From contig CAZNGF010000002.1 of assembly GCA_964572855.1 (NCBI GenBank), positions 30,551 to 94,550 of the forward strand: a stretch of DNA of 64,000 nucleotides. The letters are read 5' to 3'. This document shows, piece by piece, positions 15,546 through 25,251 of the stretch. The notes beneath the pieces are model-generated. The model was not told where the DNA came from. It did not search any database and saw only the letters and a list, made by a program, of their open reading frames with translations. A program made the translations under genes and the position numbers. This stretch comes from an uncultured Thermotogae bacterium. Its GTDB lineage: Bacteria > Bipolaricaulota > Bipolaricaulia > RBG-16-55-9 > JAJCYT01. Within the stretch, counting starts at the first letter, position 1. Each line of letters starts with the position of its first letter.

Positions 15546-16859
15546 ATGACTCATACCAAACACGCGCTTAATCGTCGTCAGTTCATCAAAACGCTGGGCG
15601 CCGGGGCCGCAGCCCTCTCCCTCTCCGGCCAACTCGGACCTTGGGTCCACGGGCAGCAGCCGTTCGTCATCGGCATGGCCAATCCCCTCTCCACCTTCTT
15701 CGGCCAAGCCGCCGAAAAAGCGCTCCGCCTGCGAATTCAGCAGATCAACGCCGACGGCGGCCTCATGGGCCGCCCCCTCTCTCTGGCGGTCTCCGACAGC
15801 GCCGGCCGACCCGACCAGGCGCTGCGCGCCGTCCAGGATCTCGTCCTCTCGCAGGGCGCCAACGTCCTCACCGGCTTCTTCTTCAGTGAAGAGCTCCTGG
15901 GTGCCCTGCCCTCGCTCCCGGCCTTCAAGAAAATCCTGCTCGGCACCGGCGCCTCCACGCCCATCGCCACCATACAGGTCCAGCAGGATTACGACAGCTT
16001 CAAGTACTTCTTCCGCGTCGGCCCGACCAACTCCTTCTTCATCCTCCAGTCCCTCGCGCAATTCGCGCGCGGCTACGTTGAAGGCGTCCTTAAATGGTCG
16101 AGCATCGTCGTCCTCGCCGAGGATGCCGCCTGGACACAGGCTGTCACCGACAGCCTCCCGACCCTGCTCCAGGCCTTTGGCTCATCACTCCAAATCGCCG
16201 ACACCATTCGCTACGCCGAGGACACCACCGACTTCAGCTCCATCTTCCAGCGCGCCGAGGACACGGGCGCCGACGGCATCGTCACCGTCATGGCCCACAC
16301 CGGCCTGCGTCCCACCACGCAGTGGGCTCAGGGCGAGGTGCCCATGCCCATGGTCGGCATCAACGTACAGGCCCAGGACGGTCGCTTCGACGACCTCAGC
16401 GGGGGCAACGCCGAATCCGTCGTTACCTTCACCTCCGGCGCCAAAGCGCCCATCACCCCCAAGACCGTCCCCTTCGTCGACGCTTTCTCGTCCTTTACGG
16501 ACTTCCTGCCCGACGTGACCATCCCGTCCTACAACGCCTTCGCTTCCACCGACGCCATCGACGTGCTCCTCGACAGCGTCGAGCGCGCCGGCGTGCTGCC
16601 CGACACCGACGCCAATACGGACAAGGTCATCGAGGCCATGGAAGGGACCGACATCGTCGGGACCCAGGGCAACGTCTCGTTCTACCAGGTGGGCGAAACC
16701 GGGGTCTCGCCCGTCCGCCCGGACCTCGCCTTCCCCCACGACATCCGCTTCGAGTCCGCACAGGGGGTTTGGGTCCAGTGGCAAAGCGGCGCGCTCGAGG
16801 TCCTGTTCCCTCTGGAACTGGCCTCGTCCGAATTCGTGCTTCCGCCCTGGTTGCGCTAG
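15546..16859 (+). CDS. ABC transporter substrate-binding protein, type-I periplasmic binding fold (LivJ/LivK / branched-chain amino acid family), with a Tat-type signal.
   Basis: RBS AAGGAGG. The Tat-like signal is NRRQFIKTLGAGAAALSLSG, and a Leu/Ile/Val-binding-protein-like fold follows. The permease genes livH and livM come next. The track ORF 14565..16859 is a frame run-through. Confidence 0.7.
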   Translation: MTHTKHALNRRQFIKTLGAGAAALSLSGQLGPWVHGQQPFVIGMANPLSTFFGQAAEKALRLRIQQINADGGLMGRPLSLAVSDSAGRPDQALRAVQDLVLSQGANVLTGFFFSEELLGALPSLPAFKKILLGTGASTPIATIQVQQDYDSFKYFFRVGPTNSFFILQSLAQFARGYVEGVLKWSSIVVLAEDAAWTQAVTDSLPTLLQAFGSSLQIADTIRYAEDTTDFSSIFQRAEDTGADGIVTVMAHTGLRPTTQWAQGEVPMPMVGINVQAQDGRFDDLSGGNAESVVTFTSGAKAPITPKTVPFVDAFSSFTDFLPDVTIPSYNAFASTDAIDVLLDSVERAGVLPDTDANTDKVIEAMEGTDIVGTQGNVSFYQVGETGVSPVRPDLAFPHDIRFESAQGVWVQWQSGALEVLFPLELASSEFVLPPWLR

Positions 16860-16946
16860 ACAAAGGCGTGACCACCACAACCGACACCGATCATACGTGC
16901 CGGGAAGGCCTGCTCCCGTGGGCCTTCCCGGTCTTCTAGGAGAACC

Positions 16947-17807
16947 ATGGGTGCAGCGCTCGACATCCTCGTCCTCGGCTTCCTGATCAGCTCCCTCTAC
17001 GCACTGGCCGCCGTCGGTTTCACCATGATCTTCGGCGTCGCCGGCGTCCTCAATCTTGCCCACGGCGCCTTCGTCATGGTCGGCGCCTACTTGGCCATCT
17101 GGGCCAGCTCCTTCATGAACTGGAACATCTATGCCGCTACCCTCATCGCCGTCGCCGGCATGGCCGTCATCGCACCTATCGTCTACATCGTCTTTGTCCG
17201 TCCCATCATCCATCGGCCCGTCACGGTCTTTCTGGCCACCCTCCTGCTCGCCTTCATCATCGAGCAGGGTATGATCCTTTTGTTCTCCGTCAGCCCACGC
17301 ACGCTCACCCCGCTGGTCTCCGGTGGCTTCTCCCTGCTCGGTATCAACATCACTTGGAATCGCTTGATCGCCAGCGTCGTCGCGCTCGTCTCCATCGCCG
17401 CCCTCTGGCTTTTCGTCACCCGCACGCGCACGGGCAAGGCCATCTCCGCCCTCTCCATGGAACGGGTCGGCGCCGCGCTCGTCGGGATCAACGAGTACCG
17501 CATCCAGTTGATCGTCTGGGGGCTATCCGGCGCGCTTTCCGCCGTCGCCGGCGTCTTCCTCACCTCCTTCCTCGGCATGAGCCCCTTCGGCGGCAGGGTC
17601 CCACTGGTCGTCTCTTTCTCCATCGTCGTCCTCGGCGGCCTCGGAAGCATCCCGGGCTCGCTTTGGGCCGCCTACATCATCGGCTACGCCGAAACGATCA
17701 CCACCCAGTTCCTCCCCGAAGCGCGTGGCCTGCCCTCGCTAATCATCCTGCTCGCCATCCTCGCGCTGCGCCCTCAAGGCCTCTTTGGAAGGGGGGCCGA
17801 GGCATGA
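16947..17807 (+). CDS. livH: Branched-chain amino acid ABC transporter permease (LivH family).
   Basis: 286 aa, ~8 TM segments, typical LivH N-terminus MGAALDILVLGFLISSLYALAAVGFTMIFGVAGVLNLAHGA. Confidence 0.8.
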   Translation: MGAALDILVLGFLISSLYALAAVGFTMIFGVAGVLNLAHGAFVMVGAYLAIWASSFMNWNIYAATLIAVAGMAVIAPIVYIVFVRPIIHRPVTVFLATLLLAFIIEQGMILLFSVSPRTLTPLVSGGFSLLGINITWNRLIASVVALVSIAALWLFVTRTRTGKAISALSMERVGAALVGINEYRIQLIVWGLSGALSAVAGVFLTSFLGMSPFGGRVPLVVSFSIVVLGGLGSIPGSLWAAYIIGYAETITTQFLPEARGLPSLIILLAILALRPQGLFGRGAEA

Positions 17808-18811
17808 GTAAACGCGCTCTGGTCAAACGCTTTCCCGACGAGTACTACTGGCTCGCCCTGCTCGCCCTCGTCCTCGTCTCGCTGCCCGCCCTCGGCTCGC
17901 TCAATGCGCTCACCATCCTCACCATGGCCAACATCTGGGCGGTCTTTGCGATCAGTTGGGACATCCTCTCCGGCTACACCGGCCAGATCAGCTTCGGACA
18001 CGCCTTCTTCATCGGCCTTGGGGGCTACGCCAGCGCCCTCATCTCCGTCACGCTCGCCTGGCCGCTCCCGCTGGCCATCCTCGCCGGTGGTTGCGTCGCC
18101 GCGCTCGGCGGCCTCTTGCTCGCGCTGCTCACCACGCGCCTGCACGGCCCCTATCTGTCTCTGGTCACCCTCGTCGCCGCGCTCGGCACCGAGAAGATCA
18201 TCCGCCTGCTCAAGATCCAGAGCACCGGCGCTGAGGGCGCCATCATCGGCTTCGAACCGCTCATCGGCTTCGAGCACGGCCTCGAGCACTTCATCCGCGC
18301 GCCGTACTTCTACTCGACCGCCCTGCTCCTGACCATCGCGCTGCTAGCCGTCGTCCTCGCCCGCTCTCGGATCGGCAAGGTCTTCGTCGCGCTGCGCGAA
18401 AGCGAACAGGCCACCGAAGCCGCCGGACTCAACACCACCAAGTACAAGCTACTCGCCTTCGTCGTCAGCGGCTTCATCGCCGGCGTCGGCGGCGCTTTCT
18501 ACGCCCACTACCAGGGCAGCGTCTCCCCGGCCTCCCACTTCGCCCTCGAGATCTCGATCTTCTGCATCGTCGCCTCGGTCATCGGCGGCATGGGCACCGT
18601 CGTCGGTCCCATCGCCGGCGCCTTCATCTACAAAGTCCCCGAGGAAACCCTGCGCTTCCTGGGCAACTGGCGCTACTTCGCCCTGGCCGCCATCGCCCTG
18701 GCCGTGCTCTATTTCCTCCCCAAGGGCTTCCTCACCGAGGTCCGCCTCCTTCTCTTCCGCGTTCTCCGTCGCCTGCGCCGTAGAAACAAGCCGCCCTCGG
18801 CGGTATCATAA
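17804..18811 (+). CDS. livM: Branched-chain amino acid ABC transporter permease (LivM family).
   Basis: ATG 17804 overlaps the livH stop (ATGA). The LivM-like membrane protein has the GYTGQISFGHAFFIGLGGYASAL motif. The track ORF has a spurious 150-aa extension. Confidence 0.8.
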   Translation: MSKRALVKRFPDEYYWLALLALVLVSLPALGSLNALTILTMANIWAVFAISWDILSGYTGQISFGHAFFIGLGGYASALISVTLAWPLPLAILAGGCVAALGGLLLALLTTRLHGPYLSLVTLVAALGTEKIIRLLKIQSTGAEGAIIGFEPLIGFEHGLEHFIRAPYFYSTALLLTIALLAVVLARSRIGKVFVALRESEQATEAAGLNTTKYKLLAFVVSGFIAGVGGAFYAHYQGSVSPASHFALEISIFCIVASVIGGMGTVVGPIAGAFIYKVPEETLRFLGNWRYFALAAIALAVLYFLPKGFLTEVRLLLFRVLRRLRRRNKPPSAVS

Positions 18812-18815
18812 ACCC

Positions 18816-19799
18816 ATGCCGGCGAACCTGACCCCGCAGTACCACAAGGCCGAACAGCGCTACAAAGCTGCCAAGACCCCCGACGAAAAGCTCGCGGCGC
18901 TCCAAGAGATGCTTGCCCAGCTCCCCAAGCACAAGGGCACCGAGAAGATCCAGGCCCAACTCAAACGCAAGCTCTCCAAGCTCAGGGAACAAGCCCAAAA
19001 CGCGCCCAAGAAAAAAAGCAGCGGGGCCGCCTACGACGCCATCGACCGCGAAGGCGCCGGCCAAATCGCCCTGGTCGGCCTACCCAACAGCGGCAAATCC
19101 ACCCTCATCAACCACCTCACCAACGCCACCTCCGAGGTCGCCGACTTCCCCTTCTCGACCTTCAAGCCCGTCATCGGTATGGCACCTTACGAGGACGTCC
19201 AAATCCAGCTCGTCGACCTCCCGCCCGTCTCGCAAGCATACACCGAGGGGTGGGTCTACAGCTTGGTGCGCAATGCCGACCGGATCTGCATCCTGCTCGA
19301 CCTCGCGGCGGGCGACCCCGAGCAGGGCTGGCGCGACCTCCTCGCCCTCCTCGAAACCGCCAAACTCCAGGTCGTTGGCCAAGCGACCCCGTCGGGTTTC
19401 GGCCCCAGCACCGGGGTCCACAAGGCCCTCCTCCTCGGCACCAAAGCCGACGCGGCCGCCCCCGCCCGCCGCCAACGGTTCGAGGACGCCTTCGCCGCCG
19501 ACTTCGCTTGCCTCACCGTCGGCGCCCACGATCCGCTTGACCCGCTCCGCCGTGCACTCTTCGACCTGCTCGATGTCATCCGCGTCTACAGCAAGGAGCC
19601 CGGCAAGCCCGCCGACACCAATACCCCCTTCACGCTCGCGCGCGGCAGCACCGCCATCGACCTCGCCCGCGCCATCCACCGCGACCTCGAACAGGGCTTC
19701 CAGTTCGCCCGCCTCTGGGGCTCCGGCCAGTTCGACGGCCAGCGCATCCAGCGCGACCACGTGCTGCAAGACCGCGACGTGGTCGAGATCCACGCCTAG
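18816..19799 (+). CDS. GTP-binding protein of the Obg/DRG class (COG1163-like) with a C-terminal TGS domain.
   Basis: N-terminal coiled-coil region, G1 motif GLPNSGKSTL, and a C-terminal TGS-like region (TPFTLARGSTAIDLARAIHRDLEQGFQFARLWG). The start lies 4 nt after the livM stop. No livG/livF ATPase genes follow. Confidence 0.7.
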   Translation: MPANLTPQYHKAEQRYKAAKTPDEKLAALQEMLAQLPKHKGTEKIQAQLKRKLSKLREQAQNAPKKKSSGAAYDAIDREGAGQIALVGLPNSGKSTLINHLTNATSEVADFPFSTFKPVIGMAPYEDVQIQLVDLPPVSQAYTEGWVYSLVRNADRICILLDLAAGDPEQGWRDLLALLETAKLQVVGQATPSGFGPSTGVHKALLLGTKADAAAPARRQRFEDAFAADFACLTVGAHDPLDPLRRALFDLLDVIRVYSKEPGKPADTNTPFTLARGSTAIDLARAIHRDLEQGFQFARLWGSGQFDGQRIQRDHVLQDRDVVEIHA

Positions 19800-20050
19800 C
19801 GCTAAAACGTCATTCCCGTTTCACAAGCAGATCCCTGCGCGAGTTAAACGTAGAGGCGAGCAGCCCGCGCACGAAAGGCGCGTAGCGGGATGACAAGCGA
19901 GAGCGAACAAGGGCTGGGGTAAAGGGCGGGACGCGTCAGGCCTCGTCGTAGGGCAGGCTGCTCGAAGCGCACCGTCGGGATGGAGGCGCGCCCTTCCATG
20001 TAGGGCTTTGCCACGCGGTCCATCACGCGCCCTGGGGAAAGGAAAAGTAC

Positions 20051-20077
20051 GAGGGGAAGCCTCTAGGGCTTCCCCTC
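20051..20077. terminator. Bidirectional hairpin terminator between convergent genes.
   Basis: GAGGGGAAGCC-tctag-GGCTTCCCCTC is a perfect 11-bp stem. It lies between the GTPase gene end (19799, +) and the rbsB end (20105, -). Confidence 0.5.
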
Positions 20078-20104
20078 GCGCGCGGTCATCCTGACTTGAT
20101 AAGT

Positions 20105-21073
20105 TTAGAGGTCGGCGGCCGTGATGACCTGGACCTCAACGGGCATGAACTGACCGTTCTCCAGTTGGCTGAAGATGAGCGAATTCAGCGCCACCAAGCG
20201 ACCGGCACTCACACCCAACTGACCCATCAGCGCGGGCTGCTGGGCGATGGTCGCGTCCATGTTGCCCATGCCGATTTGCTCCAGCGCTTGCCCGATGGCG
20301 TCGAAGCCCACCACCAGGATGCGCTCTCCGTTGGGACGGGTAGCCCCGGCCTGTTGGATCGCCTGCAACGCCCCCAGCGCCATGGAGTCGTTGGCAGCCA
20401 CCACGGCGTCGATCTGATTGGGGTTGGCCTGCAGGATGTTCTGCATCACGCTTAAGCCCTCGGCTTGGTCGAAGCCGGCAGGCTGGTTGGCAATGATCTC
20501 GATGCCCGGCGCGATTTGCGCCAGCTCGTCCTCGAAGCCCTGCTTGCGGTCGCGGGCGGCCGAGGTGCCGGGGATGCCCTCCAGCTCGACCACGCTGCCG
20601 GATCCGCCTAACTGTTCGTTGATGAAGCGGGCCTGCAACCGGCCACCGAACACGTTATCGGAGGCGATCTGGGCGACCACCTGTGCGCCTGAACTGGTGT
20701 CGATGCCGCGGTCGATGGCAAACACCGGGATGCCGGCGTCGTTGGCTTGGCGCACCGCGGGTACGATGCCCGCGCTGTCAACGGGATTGATCAGCAACAC
20801 GTCCACGCCTTGCTGGATCAGGTCCTGCACGTCGGATACCTGTTTGCTCAGGTCGTTCTGCGCGTCGGTCACCACCAGGTTGGCGCCCACGAGATCGGCT
20901 TCCTGCTGGGCGCCTTCCTGCACGCTCACGAAGAAGGGGTTGTTCAGGGTCGAAAGCGACAAACCGAAGGTGAGGTCCTCGCCCTGCGCCTGACCGCTGA
21001 TGCTCCCGAGGGGGAGCGCCAACAGGGCCAGCGCCAGGGCCAATAGCGAAAACGTTTTGATGGGGTGAGACAT
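20105..21073 (-). CDS. rbsB: Ribose ABC transporter substrate-binding protein.
   Basis: Signal peptide MSHPIKTFSLLALALALLALPLGSISG. The periplasmic-binding-protein family 1 sequence is highly RbsB-like (LSLSTLNNPFFVSVQEGAQQEAD…). Confidence 0.85.
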   Translation of the reverse strand: MSHPIKTFSLLALALALLALPLGSISGQAQGEDLTFGLSLSTLNNPFFVSVQEGAQQEADLVGANLVVTDAQNDLSKQVSDVQDLIQQGVDVLLINPVDSAGIVPAVRQANDAGIPVFAIDRGIDTSSGAQVVAQIASDNVFGGRLQARFINEQLGGSGSVVELEGIPGTSAARDRKQGFEDELAQIAPGIEIIANQPAGFDQAEGLSVMQNILQANPNQIDAVVAANDSMALGALQAIQQAGATRPNGERILVVGFDAIGQALEQIGMGNMDATIAQQPALMGQLGVSAGRLVALNSLIFSQLENGQFMPVEVQVITAADL

Positions 21074-21127
21074 TTTGGCCTCCTTGGTCGGATGGTTGGG
21101 TTGAGAATGGACCCTCTATCCCATCTA

Positions 21128-22090
21128 TCACTCCTTTCCGCGCAGGGTTCGCTCGACCAGCAGCGCGACCAGGATGACCACGCCTTTCGTGATCTGCTGC
21201 CAATACGCTTGCACGTTCATGAGGTTGAGACCGTTGGAGATGATCTGCAGGATGATGGCGCCGACCAGCGTCTTGGCCACGCTGCCGCGGCCGCCGTAGA
21301 GGCTTGCCCCGCCCAGCACCACGGTGGCGATGACGTCCAGCTCCCAGCCCGTGGCGGCGGTGGGCTGGGCGGAGTCCAGACGCGCGGTCAGCATGATGCC
21401 CCCCAGCCCCGCCAGTGCGCCGGCCAGCGCAAAGACCGCGATCTTGATTCCCTTGACGTTGACGCCGGTCAGCTCGACCGCGCGCTTGTTCGACCCGATG
21501 GCGTAGATGTAGCGCCCCCATTGCGTGTCGCGCAGGAACAGCCAGGCCAACACGTAGAGCACCAGCATGATCAAGATCGGCGTGGGCACGGGGCCGATGG
21601 AGGACCAACTCAGCTGGGAAAACGTCTCCCCCAGCCCGAAAATGGGCCGGCCCCCGGTAAACAGCAGCACGAGCCCGCGCCCGATCGAGAGCATCCCCAG
21701 CGTCACGATGAACGACGGGATGCCTCCCAGCACCGTAAACAGCCCGTTGATCAGGCCCGCCAGCGCGCCCACGCCCAGGCCCGCGCCCACCGCCAGCGCC
21801 AGCCAGGCCAGCTCCGGGACGTTCGGCGGCATGCTGGTGATGACCCCCGCGGTGATCGCGCCGGCCAGCGCGGCCACCGAGCCCACCGACAGGTCGATCT
21901 CGGCCATCAGGATCACCTTGGTGACGCCGATCGCGATGATGGCGATCATGGCCACCTGGGTGCCGATGTTGAGCAGGTTCGACGCGCTCAAGAAATGCGG
22001 GCTCAGCTGCGACATGGCCAGCACGAGCAGGGCCAGCACCGCGTAGATGCCGTAGTCCAGCGCCAGCCGGCGCCATCGCTCACGCGTCAT
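21128..22090 (-). CDS. rbsC: Ribose ABC transporter permease.
   Basis: RbsC-like polytopic protein (…AGGASLYGGRGSVAKTLVGAIILQIISNGLNLMNVQAYWQQITKGVVILVA…). The start is MTRERWRRL at 22090; the track's upstream extension is R/G-rich junk. Confidence 0.8.
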   Translation of the reverse strand: MTRERWRRLALDYGIYAVLALLVLAMSQLSPHFLSASNLLNIGTQVAMIAIIAIGVTKVILMAEIDLSVGSVAALAGAITAGVITSMPPNVPELAWLALAVGAGLGVGALAGLINGLFTVLGGIPSFIVTLGMLSIGRGLVLLFTGGRPIFGLGETFSQLSWSSIGPVPTPILIMLVLYVLAWLFLRDTQWGRYIYAIGSNKRAVELTGVNVKGIKIAVFALAGALAGLGGIMLTARLDSAQPTAATGWELDVIATVVLGGASLYGGRGSVAKTLVGAIILQIISNGLNLMNVQAYWQQITKGVVILVALLVERTLRGKE

Positions 22091-22848
22091 AATCCCCCCC
22101 CGCCGTGGCCCACGATGTACTTGACCACCTCGTCTAAAGAAGTGGCCGCGGCGGCCAGGTCGGCCACCTTCTCGCCCTTGCGCAGCACGACGACCCGGTC
22201 GGCAATGGAGAGTACCTCCTGCAGCGTGTGACTGATGTAGACCACCGCGATGTCTCGCTGCTTGAGCGCCTGGGTCAGTGCGAGCACGTTCTCGACCTCG
22301 CGCACGGCCAAGGCAGCCGTAGGCTCGTCCAGGATGACGAGCTTGGGATCGGTATAGAGCGCGCGGCTGATGGCCACGCTCTGGCGCTGCCCACCCGAGA
22401 GCCAACCCACCTCGGCCTGCAGCGAGGGCAGGGTCAGGCCCACCTCGCGCAGCAGCGTCTCGGCCTCTTGGGCCATGCGGCGCTTGTTTAGCACCTTGAT
22501 GGGGCCGACGCCGAGGCGCAGCAGCTCGCGCCCGAGGAAGATGTTGCCCGGCACGTCGAGCGTGTCGACCAGGGCCAGGTCCTGATAGACCGTCTCGATC
22601 CCGAGCTCCTTGGCCGCCCGCGGCGTGTTGAGCGCCACTTCGCGCCCCTCAAAGCGGATCGTGCCCCCGTCGGGCTGGTAGGCCCCGGCCATCACCTTGA
22701 TGAGCGTGGACTTGCCCGCGCCGTTGTCGCCCACCAGGCCCACGATCTCGCCCCGCTCCAAGTGCACGTTCACTTGGTTGAGCGCCACCACGCCGCCGAA
22801 GCGCTTGGTGATGCCCGCCAGCTCGATCAGCGGCGCCCCCTGGCCCAC
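22087..22848 (-). CDS. Sugar (ribose-type) ABC transporter ATP-binding protein, single-NBD half-size form.
   Basis: Walker A GDNGAGKST, signature LSGGQRQ and Walker B ILDEP. Only one nucleotide-binding domain is present (~253 aa), versus the usual two-NBD RbsA. The start is GTG 22848 (or TTG 22854), directly after the rbsD stop. Confidence 0.75.
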   Translation of the reverse strand: MGQGAPLIELAGITKRFGGVVALNQVNVHLERGEIVGLVGDNGAGKSTLIKVMAGAYQPDGGTIRFEGREVALNTPRAAKELGIETVYQDLALVDTLDVPGNIFLGRELLRLGVGPIKVLNKRRMAQEAETLLREVGLTLPSLQAEVGWLSGGQRQSVAISRALYTDPKLVILDEPTAALAVREVENVLALTQALKQRDIAVVYISHTLQEVLSIADRVVVLRKGEKVADLAAAATSLDEVVKYIVGHGGGGL

Positions 22849-22850
22849 GC

Positions 22851-23246
22851 TCAAAATCCCACCCCGCACTCCAGGATCGCGTTGGCAAACGGCGTAGCCT
22901 CGCCCGTGCGCACGACGCCTTTGGCTTGGGCCAAGCGAGCCTTGAGCTCCTCGTGCGGCACCCGCTCCAGCGGCACGCCCTCGAACTGTTCCTGGACAAA
23001 CGCCGCCAGTTCGCCGTTTTGCTCGGCCATCTCCTCGGCGACCGTCACCTTTTGGACCACCAGCTCGCATGCGAGCGCTTCCAGCACCGGCGCAAAGCCG
23101 GGCACCCCTGCTACCAGCGCCAGGTCCACACGCGCGACCCCGGCCGGGATGGGCAGGCCGCAGTCGGCCACGACCAGCGTGTCGGTGTGTCCCAACTGGG
23201 CGATCAGGGCATTCAATTGGGGATGCAAGATCCCTTCTCGTTTCAT
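22851..23246 (-). CDS. rbsD: D-ribose pyranase.
   Basis: 131 aa, MKREGILHPQLNALIAQLGHTDTLVVADCGLPIP… is the canonical RbsD. Confidence 0.85.
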   Translation of the reverse strand: MKREGILHPQLNALIAQLGHTDTLVVADCGLPIPAGVARVDLALVAGVPGFAPVLEALACELVVQKVTVAEEMAEQNGELAAFVQEQFEGVPLERVPHEELKARLAQAKGVVRTGEATPFANAILECGVGF

Positions 23247-24191
23247 TCACTCTCCCTTCGTTGCGGTGCCCGCCGCCTTGCGAACAAACGCCTCGACGGC
23301 CTGGCGCGCAGGCATCGAGGGCTGGGCGCCGGCGCGCGTCACGCTCAAGGCGGCCACGGCGTGGGCGAACCCGACGGCCCCGTCCAGCGGCTGCCCTTCC
23401 AGCAAGGCGACCGCCAGCCCGCCGTTGAAGGCGTCGCCGGCCGCGGTCGTGTCCACGGCGTCGACGCGGTAGCCGGGCACGTGCCGAAACCCGCCATCGT
23501 CCAACAGGTAGGCACCGCGCGCGCCCGCCTTGCACACGACGGCCCCGGCCCCGCTGGACGCGCGCAGCGCGCGGCACGCCCGCTCCAGCGCGGCATCCGT
23601 GTCGGCGGCCTCCCCTGTCAGGAGTTCCAGTTCATGTTCGTTGGGCGTGAGCAGGGACAGCCGTTCCGTAGGCAGCGCGCTCAGGTCGGCGGCGGGCGCG
23701 GGATCGAGCATGACACGGGGACGCGAGGCCGGGAGGCGTTCCAGCAAGTGCGTCATGGCCGCCAGCGGGACCTCCAACTGGAGCAGCAACCAGTCCGCGC
23801 GTTCTACGGCCGGCAGAACCCGGTCGACGTAGTCCGCGTCGACCCGGCCGTTGGCGCCGGCGTGGACCCCGATCATGTTCTCGCCGGCGTCGTCCACCCA
23901 GATCGAGGCCGTCCCGGTGGGCGCGTCGTCGCAGTAGCGCAGGTCGTCGGCCCGGACGTTGGCCCCCTGCAATGAATCGAGCAAGCGCGGCGCCAGGTCG
24001 TCCCGGCCGAGCGCGCCGTACATGGCCACCGGCGCGCCGAGCCGGCCACAAGCCACGGCCTGGTTGGCCCCCTTGCCGCCCGCGTGGATCTGGAACGCCC
24101 GCGCTTGCAGGGTCTGCCCCGGCCGCGGGAAGGTCGCGACCCGCGTGACCAGGTCGGCGTTGAGGCTGCCCAGCACCGCCAGGCCGCTCAT
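23247..24191 (-). CDS. rbsK: Ribokinase.
   Basis: PfkB-family protein with GGKGANQAVA and the C-terminal DTTAAGDAFNGGLA anion-hole motif. The start overlaps the regulator gene's stop by 4 nt. Confidence 0.85.
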   Translation of the reverse strand: MSGLAVLGSLNADLVTRVATFPRPGQTLQARAFQIHAGGKGANQAVACGRLGAPVAMYGALGRDDLAPRLLDSLQGANVRADDLRYCDDAPTGTASIWVDDAGENMIGVHAGANGRVDADYVDRVLPAVERADWLLLQLEVPLAAMTHLLERLPASRPRVMLDPAPAADLSALPTERLSLLTPNEHELELLTGEAADTDAALERACRALRASSGAGAVVCKAGARGAYLLDDGGFRHVPGYRVDAVDTTAAGDAFNGGLAVALLEGQPLDGAVGFAHAVAALSVTRAGAQPSMPARQAVEAFVRKAAGTATKGE

Positions 24192-25228
24192 GGTTGCCTC
24201 CGGGTCGATTCGCCCTCGACCAGCTGCGAGGGAACGGTCACCTTGGCGGGCGCCGCCTCGCCGTCGGACAGCGAACGCACGAGCAGGGTCATTGCCTCCC
24301 AGCCGATGTCGTAGGCGGGGATTTCCACCGTGGTCAGGCGCGGCTTGGTCCAGTCCGACATCGGGATGTGGTCGAAGCCCGCCAGGCCGACGTCCGCGGG
24401 CAGGCTGACCCCGCTGTCCTCCAGGGCCCGCTTGGCTCCCAGCGCCATCAGGTCGTTGGCCGCCACCACCGCGCCGGGCAACCTCGCGGTTCCCAAGAGT
24501 TCCACCGCCTCGTAACCGCTCTCAAACGTGTAGTCGCACTGTTCCAGCGTGACGACCTCAAGCGGCACGCCTGCGCCCTCGATGACGTCACGAAAACCGG
24601 CCAGCCGCTCGCGCGCCGTGCTGACCTGTTCCGGACCGGCCAGAAACACAAACGAGCGATAGCCCAGTCCCAGCAGGTGCTCGGCCAGCAGCCGGCCGTC
24701 CTGTTCGCTGTCGCTCAGCACGGTGGACACCGCCGGGTGCTCCAGGCGCCGGTCCGCGGCCACCAGCGGGATGCTGCGCTGGAGCAGTTTGGCTAGCGGG
24801 TCGCTGGCGCCGTGCGTGGAGACCGTGGTGAGCACGACCCCTTCCACGCGTTCGTAGCGCAGCAGGTCGAGGTAGTCGTCCTCGGTCTCCAGGTCGTTGT
24901 TGGTGTCGCAAATGAGCGCGCTGTAGCCCTGCGAGCGGGCGGCGTTTTCGCAGCCGCGCACCAGGAGGCAGAAGAAGGGGTTGGAGATGTCGGGGACGAC
25001 GATGCCCACCACGCCCGTCTTCTGGTTCTTGAGCGTGCGCGCGGACTTGTGGGGAAGATAACCCGTCTTTTCGATGGCGTCCAACACCCGCTGGCGCACG
25101 GGTTCGCCCACCGGAGCGCTACCGTTGATGACGCGGGACACGGTGGAAATCGACACGCCGGACTTGCGGGCCACGTCGTGGATGGTCGCGTTGGGCAGCA
25201 GTTCGGGTTTTTGTTCGGTTCGGTTCAT
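24188..25228 (-). CDS. rbsR: LacI-family transcriptional regulator (ribose operon repressor-like).
   Basis: N-terminal HTH ATIHDVARKSGVSISTVSRVIN plus a periplasmic-binding-fold effector domain. The preferred start is MNRTEQK at 25228. An alternative ATG at 25252 lies inside the operator palindrome. Confidence 0.8.
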   Translation of the reverse strand: MNRTEQKPELLPNATIHDVARKSGVSISTVSRVINGSAPVGEPVRQRVLDAIEKTGYLPHKSARTLKNQKTGVVGIVVPDISNPFFCLLVRGCENAARSQGYSALICDTNNDLETEDDYLDLLRYERVEGVVLTTVSTHGASDPLAKLLQRSIPLVAADRRLEHPAVSTVLSDSEQDGRLLAEHLLGLGYRSFVFLAGPEQVSTARERLAGFRDVIEGAGVPLEVVTLEQCDYTFESGYEAVELLGTARLPGAVVAANDLMALGAKRALEDSGVSLPADVGLAGFDHIPMSDWTKPRLTTVEIPAYDIGWEAMTLLVRSLSDGEAAPAKVTVPSQLVEGESTRRQP

Positions 25229-25237
25229 GCGCCACCA

Positions 25238-25251
25238 TGAAAACGTTTTCA
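25238..25251. promoter_or_regulatory. LacI-family operator: perfect 14-bp palindrome TGAAAACGTTTTCA.
   Basis: It matches the LacI/CcpA-family consensus TGnAAnCGnTTnCA. It is located 10 nt upstream of the rbsR start codon on the minus strand, at the head of the rbsRKDACB operon. Confidence 0.65.

Noticed and set aside
14565-16859. 764-aa ORF.
   Set aside because: Stop-free run-through of the R/H/P-rich frame antisense/out-of-frame to the beta-helix gene, joined in frame to livJ. The real livJ starts at 15546 with an SD and a Tat signal.
20778-22405. Long overlapping ORFs on both strands across rbsB/rbsC (e.g. 20778..22076 -, 21065..22231 +).
   Set aside because: Arg/Gly/His-rich artefacts. 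The rbs genes on the minus strand have unambiguous homology and operon logic.
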